Below are positions 1 to 9,752 of a DNA stretch of 64,000 nucleotides, one piece after another (positions within the stretch are counted from its first letter, which is position 1; each line of letters begins with the position of its first letter). Where the stretch lies: NCBI GenBank assembly GCA_963808625.1, contig CAWEHK010000026.1, positions 1 to 64,000 of the forward strand, read 5' to 3'. The position numbers and the translations under genes are program-made. The stretch is from an uncultured delta proteobacterium (GTDB lineage Bacteria > Desulfobacterota > Syntrophobacteria > Syntrophobacterales > Syntrophobacteraceae). The notes beneath the pieces were generated by a model. That model was not told the origin of the DNA and ran no database searches. It saw only the letters and a list, made by a program, of their open reading frames with translations.

Positions 1-16
1 GCGGGGGATAAATACT

Positions 17-90
17 CACCGCAGAGACGCAGAGGACGCAGAGAAAGACATAAATCAAGAATTTTCTGCGCTCTCTGCGTCTCTGCGGTG
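17..90. repeat. REP-like inverted repeat, CACCGCAGAGACGCAGAG family
   Basis: caccgcagagacgcagag (17-34) is inverted against ctctgcgtctctgcggtg (73-90); related copies at 12923-12952, 20441-20470, 36104-36172 and 52535-52662. Confidence 0.85.
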
Positions 91-118
91 GAAAAATGAA
101 CACTCCGAATTTTAGCGG

Positions 119-672
119 GATAGCAATGGAAAGTCAGCACTATTATTGGATTTCCGGAATGGGAAATGGTTTACGCCTGGAGTCGCGAGTACTCGAGGAG
201 CGCATACCAAGAGTCTGAAAGGGCGGGAATCGTTCATACTCGCAGTCCAGGCGTTCGGCCAGCATGGTATCGGGGGACGGCTGTGGAAGGCCGGAGCGGA
301 GCCGATCGCGGTCAGGGTCCTGGGGTTCTCCGGGGCAGCGCGTCGGTTCCATGGGTTTTCCCAACACGCGCCGCCGTTCAACCATCCGACATCGTCCGAG
401 GACGTGGCCCCATGACCTCGATGCGCGTGTTGGGAAAACCCATGGAACCGACGCGCTGCCCCGGAGAACCCAGGACCCTGACCGCGATTGGCTCCGCTCC
501 GGCCTTCCACAGCCGTCCCCCGATACCATGCTGGCCGAACGCCTCAACCTCGAGATAGCGATTCCCGCTCTCCACGGCCCTCTGGATGCGCCCTCGAGTA
601 CCCGCGACTCCAGGCGTAAACCATTTTCCATTCCGGAAATCCGATAATAGTGCTGACTTTCCATCTGCTATC
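119..672. repeat. ~250 bp fold-back inverted duplication
   Basis: 119-371 is the near reverse complement of 423-672 around a 51 nt loop; the arms diverge at about 198-250. Confidence 0.95.
372..664 (-). pseudogene. 5' part of glutamate synthase GXGXG-domain subunit, truncated by the fold-back
   Basis: Joined frames read MESQHYYRISG...EAFGQHGIGGRLW...GSPGQRVGSMGFPNTRIEVMGP.SDDVGWLNGGA; lies directly downstream of the FMN-binding subunit; a second diverged 5' copy runs 126-371 on +. Confidence 0.75.
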
Positions 673-710
673 TCTGCCTCTCTCTCGTCTCAGATTCCTG
701 CAGCTCCAGG

Positions 711-2369
711 CTACACAACATATTTTATGCTAAGACGCTCGGCCGCGTTGAAATCGTTGATGGCCAGAGCATCGGACATGCCAATGGGAAGAGAAGTCGA
801 GCGGCCCAGGGGGGCGACGATCTTTTTCAGTTCCGTGTCGAAACTGAGGAAGACGTCAACCACTCGTTCCGCGACCTTCTCCGGGTCCAGCCGCCGGTAC
901 AGGCGGGCATCCTGGGACGTAATGCCTTTGGGGCAGAGTCCGATATTGCAGATATTGCAGCGATCGGATTCCGAGCCCAGACAGCCGGCGGCCGCCTGCA
1001 TCATGTATTTGCCCGTCTGCACGCCGCTCGCCCCCAGCATGATGAGCGCCGCCGCATTGGACGCCAGATTCCCGTACTTGCCGACCCCGCCGCCGGCAAA
1101 CAGGGGCAGCTCATTCTGCTTGCCCACCTTGACCAGAGTCAGGTAGCAGTCGCGGAGGTTGCTGGCGATGGGGTGGCCCATGTGGTCCATCGAAACGGCA
1201 TAGGCGGCCCCGGTGCCGCCGTCCTCCCCGTCAATGGCGAGGCCCGCCGCGTAAGGATTGCGGGCAAGATTGTTGAGCACCGATTGCGCCGTCGAGGTCC
1301 CGGAAATCTTCGGATACACCGGCACCCTGAAGCCCCAGGCCATGTACATGGACTGGATCATCTTGGCCACCGATTCTTCAATGGAATACTTGGTCTGGTG
1401 CGTGGGCGGACTGGGCAGGTTCACGCCGGCGGGCACCCCGCGAATGGCGGCGATGAGCTTGTTCACCTTGTACCACATCAACAAGCCGCCGTCACCGGGC
1501 TTCGCGCCCTGGCCGTACTTGATCTCGATGGCGCAGGGATCTTCCTTCATTTCCGGGAGGGCATGAATGATCTCATCCCAGCCGAAGTACCCGCTGGCAA
1601 TCTGGAGGATGACGTATTTGAGGAAGCGCGACCGCAGCAGTCGCGGCGGGCACCCGCCTTCCCCCGTGCTCATGCAGACCGGCATCCCCAGTTCTTCATT
1701 GAGGTAGGCAACGCCCATCTGGAGCCCTTCCCACATGTTGGGGGAGAGCGCGCCGAAGGACATGGCGCCGATGATCAACGGGTAGATCTCCCGCACCGGA
1801 GGAATCCAACCCTCTTCCGAGAGCAGCCGCAGATTTTCCTCGGGCGGCAAAATCCTGCCGAGCAAGGTGCGCAGTTCGAATTCGTGGCGCCCGGCATCGA
1901 GCGCCGGGTCGGTCAGCATGGAAATGCGGGTGAACTTGATCCGGTCGAGAATGCCGCCGGGCTCGGGATCGCGCACATTTCTGCGCCCTCCCCGCCGCCT
2001 CGGCTGTCCGCCCCGGTTGATATGGAACCGCAGCTTATCGGCTTCATCCGTTCGGTAAGGGATCACGCAGTCATTGGGGCAGACCAGGTTGCACATGGCG
2101 CATCCCACGCAGGCGTAGGCCGGATCGGTTTTCTGGCGGATGCCGTAGTAGACCTGATTGACGCTCGAGGACGCGCTGCTCTGCCCGATTTCCGCCAGGG
2201 CCGGCATCTGGATCAATCGTTTTCGATGAACCCCGAGCTCGATGGCATGAACCGGGCAGACCGCCGTGCAGCGACCGCAGAGGGTGCACTTGTCTTTCTC
2301 CCAATGGACCTGCCAGGGAAGATCTTTGATGCTTAGTGAAGATGGGCTAATCGCCCCATTTGAGAACAT
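711..2369 (-). CDS. Glutamate synthase FMN-binding subunit with N-terminal 2x[4Fe-4S] domain (split GltB)
   Basis: Two ferredoxin motifs CTLCGRCTAVCP and CVGCAMCNLVCP; MSFGALS, STGEGG, QIASGYFG, EIKYGQGAKPGDGG; C-terminal cluster cysteines CNICNIGLCPKGITSQD. Confidence 0.92.
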   Translation of the reverse strand: MFSNGAISPSSLSIKDLPWQVHWEKDKCTLCGRCTAVCPVHAIELGVHRKRLIQMPALAEIGQSSASSSVNQVYYGIRQKTDPAYACVGCAMCNLVCPNDCVIPYRTDEADKLRFHINRGGQPRRRGGRRNVRDPEPGGILDRIKFTRISMLTDPALDAGRHEFELRTLLGRILPPEENLRLLSEEGWIPPVREIYPLIIGAMSFGALSPNMWEGLQMGVAYLNEELGMPVCMSTGEGGCPPRLLRSRFLKYVILQIASGYFGWDEIIHALPEMKEDPCAIEIKYGQGAKPGDGGLLMWYKVNKLIAAIRGVPAGVNLPSPPTHQTKYSIEESVAKMIQSMYMAWGFRVPVYPKISGTSTAQSVLNNLARNPYAAGLAIDGEDGGTGAAYAVSMDHMGHPIASNLRDCYLTLVKVGKQNELPLFAGGGVGKYGNLASNAAALIMLGASGVQTGKYMMQAAAGCLGSESDRCNICNIGLCPKGITSQDARLYRRLDPEKVAERVVDVFLSFDTELKKIVAPLGRSTSLPIGMSDALAINDFNAAERLSIKYVV

Positions 2370-3465
2370 ATCTTAACCTCCTGGCGATCCTGGCGGATGA
2401 TTCCCGTATCCAGATGCATGGGCTGAAAATCCCTGCTTCGATCCCGGTCGGGGATGGCGACGTCCAGGCCGCACATTTCCGAGGAGATGGCATAACAGAC
2501 CGGGCCTTCCCCCCACCACCGCCGGGCGCAGCTTCTTGCGATCCTGGACCACGAAGAGCGTCTTGTCGGGGAGACATCCCATGACGCAGTTGGGCCCGTC
2601 GATGATCAGGCGGCGGCAGGAATGTTTCAAGTGCCGCAGGAACGTACCGTCGGGGTGGCGTTCCAGGTCATCGTCCTGCAACGGGGTGATGACGTGTTTG
2701 TATGCTTCGACGCCAAGTCCGAGGCGATTGAGGGTAAAGTGCAGAATGTGCGTAAACACCTCGGAGTCGGACTGATACCCGATGTACCCGGGAAATCCCC
2801 GGGACGCGAGGAATTCCCGATTGGGGACAAAGGCCGTGTTCTCCCCGTTGGTCATCGTCGCCACGCCCTGAAGGAAGAAGGGATGGCAGGCATAGAGATT
2901 GATCGCATAGTTGGTGTTCTGCCGGCCCTGGGCGAGCATGATGCGGGCCCGGAGCTCCTCCCGGTCCAAACCAAGATACTTGGAAACCAGGAGCGGATCT
3001 CCGATTTCCTTGATCATGATGACATCGGGCCAGAAACTGTAGACAATCATGTCCTCGTTTTCTTCCCCCATCTGCCTCAGCTGCAGCCGAACCATCATCA
3101 GGCGGTGATCAAGTCTCACGCTCGCTCAGCCCTTCCCAGGCCTCCGGGTATTCATAGGCGCGAATCAGGTAGATGTCGCGCCGGGGAGTTCCGGCGGGCG
3201 GGTTTTTGGGGACCTTGATGGACAGCTTGTACTTGGTCATGAAGCCGATGTTCATCATGAACTGGTCAAGACGCTTCAAGCCGTCGTTGGTGAAGATCCC
3301 CGAGAGGATCGGCGCTCCCTTGAGCTCCTCAAAGGGACCCCCGAGGTCACTGAGGAAAAGCCCCACCCCCGAGCCGTCATGACCTTCACGCATGACGTCC
3401 AGGGCCTGCATCGCCATCATGGGCGACAGGGGCTCCTCGCTGGTTATTGCGAATAAGCGGCACAT
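2333..3465 (-). CDS. Glutamate synthase glutamine amidotransferase (class II) subunit, frameshifted
   Basis: MCRLF N-terminal nucleophile Cys, GHDGSG, RQNTN, HPF, TNGEN, SDSE; pieces 3109-3465 and 2373-3119 plus a third frame ending at TAA 2333-2335; GGAGG RBS. Confidence 0.88.
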
Positions 3466-3870
3466 GGTACGTTCGTCTCCTCCACACAACAAACTAGCCT
3501 GGCTGCATCAGCATCCGGCAAAAGTCCGAGTCTGCTTGAGAAGCTGCCAGGAAGTAAGGCAAATGAGCCTGTAGGACCAAACTGAATGGATTGTGGCCGA
3601 TCACTCAGGCCAGGAAGGAACATCTTGAAATCTGTTTTCCGAGCGGCAAACTCCCTTACACTTCCTTTCCATTCCAGCAGGGACATTGTTTATTAGCCTA
3701 GATTATATTTTAAGTCAAAGGGCAAGTAAACTCCCAATGGCATTGCTCTCTGGAGAGACTAACAAAATCTGTTTCTTATATCCACACCGACAAATAGCCC
3801 TTTGAAAAAATAGGGATTTTTTTGTAAGAGAGAAGTGGATGCAACCACCATCGAGCACGGGTGCAAAAGG

Positions 3871-4180
3871 TGATTGACTGCTTGGGCAAACGGAGGGCGG
3901 GTTTTCCAAAGAGCTTCCTTCGCAGTCTCGACAACCTGATCTTCATGATTGACTGCTTGGGCAAACGGAGGGCGGTTCAAGAGCTTCCCTCGCAGTCTCG
4001 ACAACCTGATCTTCATGATTGACTGCTTGGGCAAACAGAGGGCGGTTTTCAAAGAGCTTCCTTCGCAGTCTCGACAACCTGATCTTCATGATTGACTGCT
4101 GGGCAAACGGAGGGGGGTTTTCCAAAGAGCCCGCGCAGCTGACAACCTGATCTGACGCTGGGAACGGAGGCGGTTTCTAA
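3871..4180. repeat. Tandem repeat, ~70-75 bp unit, 4 copies plus a degenerate fifth
   Basis: Unit tgattgactgcttgggcaaacggagggcgggttttccaaagagcttccttcgcagtctcgacaacctgatcttca starts at 3871, 3946, 4016 and 4089. Confidence 0.95.
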
Positions 4181-4232
4181 TCTGAGCTCAATTCGGGTAC
4201 AAAACGTATTGACTGATGGCATATGAGCCGGG

Positions 4233-4793
4233 ATGGCAAAATCGATAGAACGAGTCCCTTTTGAACTGCATGAAATTGCCGTTCTGAGGCAATCCATCGA
4301 CCTCTCTGAAGAACTTCTCAGTGAGCACTACAAGATCTCGACCTCGCAGTGGAAGCGGTATCGCTATGACATCCAGTCGCTGCGCGATCTCCACAAAGAC
4401 GAGATCACCGATGCTGCTTTTGCCCAGATCCACCGATACCTGCGGCACCCTCACGAACGTTTGCGCGGGAGCGAACCCGGCGATTTTTTCAAGATCTGCC
4501 TTCAGGACCACGTGATCCGAAGAGCGGTCCAGCGGGATGCCGTCATCCAGCTTTTCCCCCTTTCCCTCTATATTGTCACCCATGAATTGATTCACGTGAT
4601 CCGCTTTGCCCAATTTCTCCAGCGTTTTGACAGCACCGAACTGGAACAGGAAGCCGAGGAAGTTCGAGTGCATGAGTTGACCTACCACCTTTTGCAGAAT
4701 CGTAAGGTCCCAGGACTTCCCGGGGTGCTTTCCGCTTTTCGCGATTGCCGCACGATGGAGACGTTTTCCGGGATGGCGGGGAGTGGGGAGTAG
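4233..4793 (+). CDS. Hypothetical protein with HEXXH zinc-metallopeptidase-like motif
   Basis: 186 aa ORF; IVTHELIHVIRF followed by EQEAEE. Confidence 0.7.
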   Translation: MAKSIERVPFELHEIAVLRQSIDLSEELLSEHYKISTSQWKRYRYDIQSLRDLHKDEITDAAFAQIHRYLRHPHERLRGSEPGDFFKICLQDHVIRRAVQRDAVIQLFPLSLYIVTHELIHVIRFAQFLQRFDSTELEQEAEEVRVHELTYHLLQNRKVPGLPGVLSAFRDCRTMETFSGMAGSGE

Positions 4794-4932
4794 GGAGTAG
4801 GCAGTAGGGAGTAGGGAGTAGGCAGGGAGTGGAGTAGGGAGTGGGGAGTGGGGAGTAGGGAGTAGGGAGTGGGGAGTAGGGAGTAGGGAGTAGGGAGTGG
4901 GCAGCAGGGAGAAGGGAGTGGGGAGTGGGGAG
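4778..4932. repeat. Heptamer tandem array (GGGAGTA/GGGAGTG)n
   Basis: About 20 units of a G-rich 7-mer that includes the stop codon of the upstream ORF. Confidence 0.95.
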
Positions 4933-4973
4933 TGGTGAGCAACGAGTCATGAAGGGCATCTGCATCAAGCTGA

Positions 4974-5374
4974 GCTTTCTGCCCTGAAGGGGCTCCATAT
5001 ATTAGCCCAGGGTCAGCGATAGCGCCACCCTGGGGAGCCGGGTGCAACCCGAAGCCTTTACTCCTGAAGGGGTTGCATAACGCAGACCGTCGCAACGATT
5101 TATCTGACCCTTTCGGGTAAACGAAAAAGCGAATGGCGCTTTCCATCTGCGCTTTCTGCCCTGAGGGGCTCCATATATTAGCCCAAGGTCAGCGATAGCG
5201 CCACCCTGGGGAGCCGGGCGCAACCCGAACATTTACCCTGAAGGGGTTGCATAACGCAGACCGTCGCAACCATTTATCCAACCCTTTCAGGGTAAACGAA
5301 AAAGGAATGGCGCTTTCCATCCCAGGGTGGCGCTGTCGCTGACCCCGGGCTATTTTATATAGCCCCTTCAGGGC
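4974..5374. repeat. REPIN-like element (CCCTGAAGGGG family) with a 177 bp tandem duplication
   Basis: gccctgaaggggct...agcccagggtcagcgatagcgccaccctggg at 4981 and 5158; inverted arm at 5321-5374. Confidence 0.85.
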
Positions 5375-5537
5375 ATTCATCTTTTGTTGGATATGAGGCT
5401 GATGCACCATTAGAGAAAGCACGAGAAAAGGGAGGATTGTTTAACCGGTAGCCGTGTGTTAAGAAACCCGGCGTGCGACCGGAGTCATCGATCGGCTAAT
5501 TACCGCACCACAGTATAGAGTGTCCTTAGCCCATGCT

Positions 5538-5618
5538 CGTCATTCCGGCAGGTTTTTAGCGGGAATCCAGGAAATTTGCCCAGCCTGGATTCCAGCCAGA
5601 GACACGGCGGGAATGACG
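5538..5618. repeat. REP doublet, CGTCATTCC...GGAATCCAG family
   Basis: cgtcattccggc...gcgggaatccag inverted against ctggattcc...gcgggaatgacg. Confidence 0.8.
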
Positions 5619-5768
5619 TCTCGAATTCGGACATCTGTTTATGCGGAGGTGCACCAAGGTGATGCCGCGCGACCGTCACCCTGGCAACCGCACCAGTGAA
5701 CACCGGCCACCGTTTGTTTTTGGTTTTTCACCTTTTCACCTTTGACTTTTCACAGGCTTTTAAAGACC

Positions 5769-6059
5769 ATGGCAACCAAAATCAGCATTGAGGAAGTCCG
5801 GCATGTGGCCAACCTCGCCCGCCTGGAACTGGGGGAGAGGGAAGAACTGCGCATGACGGAACAGATGAACAGTATTCTGAGCTACATGGATAAGCTCAAC
5901 GAGCTGGACACCCGTGACGTCCCGGCAACCACGCACGCCATCCAACTGGCGAATGTTTCCCGCGAAGACCGCATCGATTCCTCCCTCGACCGCGCAGGTG
6001 CGCTGCATAACGCGCCGCAAAACGACGGGGTAAATTTCGTCGTGCCCAAAGTGATCTAG
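5769..6059 (+). CDS. gatC: Asp-tRNA(Asn)/Glu-tRNA(Gln) amidotransferase subunit C
   Basis: ISIEEVRHVANLARLEL...ILSYMDKLNELDT...ALHNAP...FVVPKVI. Confidence 0.95.
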   Translation: MATKISIEEVRHVANLARLELGEREELRMTEQMNSILSYMDKLNELDTRDVPATTHAIQLANVSREDRIDSSLDRAGALHNAPQNDGVNFVVPKVI

Positions 6060-6085
6060 AATCGATAGGAAGAGGCTTATTCTCC

Positions 6086-7551
6086 ATGCAACTTTACGCC
6101 CTTGCCATCCACGAATTGCATGATCTCCTGCTGCGCAAAGAAGTGAGCGCAACCGATGTGGTTTCAGCATTCCTCGAGCGGATCGAACGGCTCGACCCGA
6201 AACTCAACTGCTACCTGACTTCGCTTGCGGACGGGCCCTCGAGCTGGCCCGGCAATATGACCAGGGGATAAGGGATGTTGCTCTTTCTCCCCTTGCCGCC
6301 ATCCCGCTCGCCATCAAAGATGTGATCTGCATGCAGGGAATAAGGACGACGTGCGCGTCGCGCATCCTGGAAAACTTCATTCCCCCTTATGATGCCACCG
6401 TAACGCAGCATCTCAAGGAAGCCGGGAGCATCTTTCTCGGCAAGACCAACATGGATGAATTCGCCATGGGATCCTCCACCGAAAATTCGGCATATCGGCC
6501 CACCCGCAATCCCTGGGACCTGAACCGCGTCCCGGGAGGCTCGAGCGGGGGTTCCGCAGCCGCCGTTGCCGCCGACCTTTGTGCCGGGTCTCTGGGGACC
6601 GATACCGGGGGTTCCATTCGTCAGCCTGCTTCCTTTTGCGGTGTGGTCGGGTTGAAACCCACCTATGGCCGGGTTTCCCGTTTCGGCCTGGTGGCTTTTG
6701 CGTCGTCGCTTGACCAGATCGGCCCCATCACCAAAGACGTCGAAGACGCCGCGCTGCTGCTGCAGGTCATCGCCGGCCACGACCCCAAGGATTCGACTTC
6801 GGTGGAGCAACCCGTTCCGGACTATCGAGGGGCCCTGAAGGAACCCATAAAGGGACTGCGGCTCGGTATCCCCAAGGAGTATTTCATTGAAGGCATGCAC
6901 CCTGACGTGGCTGCCAGGGTGCAGAAGGCCATCCGGACGTGCCGGGACCTGGGGGCGGAAATCGTCGATGTTTCCCTGCCCCATACCGAATACGGCGTCG
7001 CAGCGTATTACATCATTGCTCCGGCGGAAGCGAGCTCGAACCTTGCCCGCTACGACGGAGTGAAGTACGGCCTGCGGGTGTCCGGATGCCAGTGACCTCA
7101 TGACCATGTATCGGCAGAGCCGTTCGCAGGGGTTCGGCCCCGAAGTGAAGCGACGCATCATGCTGGGCACCTATGTGCTGTCGGCAGGCTACTATGACGC
7201 TTATTACAGGAAAGCGTCGCAGGTGAGGACGCTGATCCGGCAGGATTTCCTGGCGGCGTTCGCGCGATGCGATGCGCTGCTGGCCCCGGTGGCGCCGATT
7301 CCCGCCTTCACCATCGGGGAAAAGATGGATGATCCGCTGCAGATGTATCTCAGCGACGTGCTCACCCTGCCCGCCAGCCTTGCCGGGGTCCCCGGCATCT
7401 CGGTACCGTGCGGCTTCACCACGGAGGGCTCCCGATCGGGCTGCAAATCCTCGGCCCCCATTTCCGGGAAGACCTCATCCTGAGGATCGCCTACCAATTC
7501 GAGCAGGCCACCCCTCAGCTTCGCTCAAAACCGCAGCTGATGGGAGGGTAA
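6086..7551 (+). CDS. gatA: Amidotransferase subunit A, frameshifted
   Basis: [68 protein letters not shown]; split over several frames. Confidence 0.95.
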
Positions 7552-7577
7552 ACATCCAAGGTATTTACATAAAAATA

Positions 7578-7637
7578 GTGCTGGGTGCTGGGTGATGGGT
7601 GATGGGTGATGAGTGCTGGGTGATGGGTGATGGGTGC
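7578..7637. repeat. Heptamer tandem array (GGGTGAT/GGGTGCT)n
   Basis: About 8 units directly after gatA. Confidence 0.9.
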
Positions 7638-7660
7638 CTGTCTGACAATTCCCCTTCAAG

Positions 7661-7800
7661 CTGGTTCCCAAGTCCGGCTTGAAAACCCACCTGCTTGACA
7701 GCTTCAGCTTCATCGGAGCGGTGAATGTCACCGGATACTCAAGAGACACGGGAAGCTGGGACTTCCGCCTTCCGTTCCCAAGCTGGAGCTTGGGAACGAG
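7661..7800. repeat. REP-like element, GTTCCCAAGCT..AGCTTGGGAAC family
   Basis: Perfect 12 bp stem at 7773-7798 and a degenerate copy from 7661. Confidence 0.7.
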
Positions 7801-7809
7801 CGAATGGGA

Positions 7810-7884
7810 ATGAAACGAGGAGATGTGGTTCTGGTGGTGGTGGCAGGGGGATTATGGAAAGCCTCGTCCTGCCGTAGTTGTGCA
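7810..7884 (+). pseudogene. PemK/MazF toxin 5' remnant
   Basis: With one G removed it reads MKRGDVVLVVVAGDYGKPRPAVVV, the typical PemK N-terminus, then similarity stops. Confidence 0.65.
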
Positions 7885-7925
7885 CTCCTCGAAGGGAAGG
7901 TTGCAGAACTTGGTCAGGATCTTAT

Positions 7926-8141
7926 CTATGCAGCCCGATTCTTCAGGCTGACCGAGAGGGTCTTTTCTTCGCTCAACTTGCTTACCTTCAGGATGGAAAA
8001 CCCAATCATATTGCCATCCGTATCCACCTTTTCCATGACCGCATCATCTTCCGTCTCGCGAAAATAGCCTTCTTTCGTCTCAAAGAGCACTTCGAGATAA
8101 TCCCCTTCCCTGTCGTACCAGACTTTTACCTTCTTCTCCAT
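7926..8141 (-). CDS. DUF2283-like small protein, putative antitoxin
   Basis: VKVWYDREGDYLEV...VMEKVDTDGNMIGFSIL pattern; overlaps the upstream partner. Confidence 0.8.
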   Translation of the reverse strand: MEKKVKVWYDREGDYLEVLFETKEGYFRETEDDAVMEKVDTDGNMIGFSILKVSKLSEEKTLSVSLKNRAA

Positions 8142-8434
8142 AACACCTGTCCTATCTTCACGGTATCCGTGAAATATGCGGTGATGATGAACGCATCATC
8201 AGTCGCCGTTTTAACCACTACGCACAAGTATTTACGCGTCACCGGCGTCTTTTCATAAGCGCGGTAAAACAACTCCACCGCACTATCAGTGCGTGACCGT
8301 ATGATCTGTTCGGGCGAGAGCAGCGTTTCCCTTATCTTCTCAAACTGGGTGGTCATTTCCGGATGGTCGCATGCAATGTGTTGCTGCCGCTCCCTTGAAA
8401 ATCGTATCTCTCTCCCATACAAATCACGCAGCAA
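8126..8434 (-). CDS. Putative BECR/RelE-like RNase toxin (PBECR/DUF4258-like)
   Basis: ERQQHI..DHPEM, IRETLLSPE, YLCVVVK, FIITAY pattern; paired with a DUF2283-like gene. Confidence 0.65.
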   Translation of the reverse strand: MLRDLYGREIRFSRERQQHIACDHPEMTTQFEKIRETLLSPEQIIRSRTDSAVELFYRAYEKTPVTRKYLCVVVKTATDDAFIITAYFTDTVKIGQVLWRRR

Positions 8435-8449
8435 GAAGCACCCTGTCAG

Positions 8450-9731
8450 TTATGATTCAGCTTTAAAGTAGCTCTTCGGCACCACGGTGATCCCTCGCGG
8501 CGTTACCTCGAAGCGCTTGCGGTCTTCTTGCGGATCGATGCCGATCTGGGTGTGGGGGGGGATGACGTTGTGCTTATCGATGATCGCTTTCTTGATCCGG
8601 CAGTAACGCCCGACCTCGACATTATCCATGATAACTGATTCATCGACTTCAGCCCAGCTGCGGACCATGACGTTGCAGGACAGCACCGAACTGCGCACCG
8701 TCGCGCCGCTGATGATGCAGCCCGGAGAAACAATGGAATCGACCGCTGTCCCGACGCGGGGCGGCTCCAAACCCGGTTGATTGAACACGAATTTAGCCGG
8801 AGGATATTGGCGCTGGAAGGTCCGAATGGGCCAGAGGGTGCCGTACAGATTGAAAAAAGGGTCAATGCCGGTCAGGTCCATATTGGCGTTCCAATAGGCA
8901 TCCAGGGTGCCGACATCGCGCCAGTATTGCGAATCCCGCGTGCCCTCGACCAACTGCCAGCGGCGTGAACCCTCCGGGTCCACCAGATGGATGTAATCGC
9001 GGATGCGATTCATACGCCGGTAAGGATAGGCGACGACCTTGAAGTCCTTAATTACGTGGGGAATGATGTCGCCGCCAAAGTCGTCGTGGTCGGTCTTCCT
9101 GAGGAGATCCAGCAGCAGTTCGGTCCGAAACAGATAGATGCCCATCGAGGCCAGTGAGCGGTCCGGATCATCGGGAATCGCCTTGGGCTCGCGAGGTTTT
9201 TCTTCCCAGGCGACGAATGCGAAAATCGTTGTCCACTTCCGCAATGCCAAATTCCGGGGCCTGGCTTCGATCCACCTCCAACAGCGCAACGCTGACATCG
9301 GCATCATGCTTCTCGTGGTAGTCGCGAAACGCCGTGTAATCCATCTTGTAGACGTGGTCCCCGCCCAGGATCAACACATATCGAGGTCGTTCCCGCTCGA
9401 CCAAATAAAGATTCTGGCGCACGCAATCCGCCGTTCCCCGATACCATTCCTTGCCCATCCTTTGCTGCGGAGCAGCAATCCGCAGGTAATGCCCCAAATC
9501 GGCCGAAAAAATATTCCAGCCCTCTTCCAGGTGGTCGACCATGGACTGCGACTTGTATTGGGGGAAGACCAGGATCTTGTAGAGCAGCGAATTGATGCAG
9601 TTGCTCAAAGGGATGTCAATAAGCCGGTAAATGCCTCCAAAAGGCACCGCCGGTTTCGACCGGTCCTGAGTCAGCGGCATCAGCCGCTTGCCTTCGCCCC
9701 CTGCCATAATAATGGTAAGCACATCTTTCAT
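8450..9731 (-). CDS. glgC: Glucose-1-phosphate adenylyltransferase, frameshifted
   Basis: AGGEGKRLMPLT.DRSKPAVPFGG, WYRGTAD, GDHVYKMDY, ASMGIY, YWRDVGTLDAYW. Confidence 0.95.
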
Positions 9732-9752
9732 GGTTCTCTCTCTGGGTAAATG

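Noticed and set aside
3548..3625. GGAAGTAAGG...GAAGGAAC resembling the glnA glutamine riboswitch
   Set aside because: It is antisense to the glutamate synthase mRNA, and the spacing and closing stem do not fit
3871..4180. Possible CRISPR array
   Set aside because: Whole units repeat with no unique spacers, and there are no cas genes in the window
4576..5422. ORFs with LLPTPYS repeats and REP-derived ORFs
   Set aside because: These are translations of the heptamer array and the REPIN, not genes
6230..7100. Programmed frameshifting in gatA or the dcw genes
   Set aside because: Indels are scattered, sometimes several per gene, with no consistent slippery site; sequencing error is the simpler explanation
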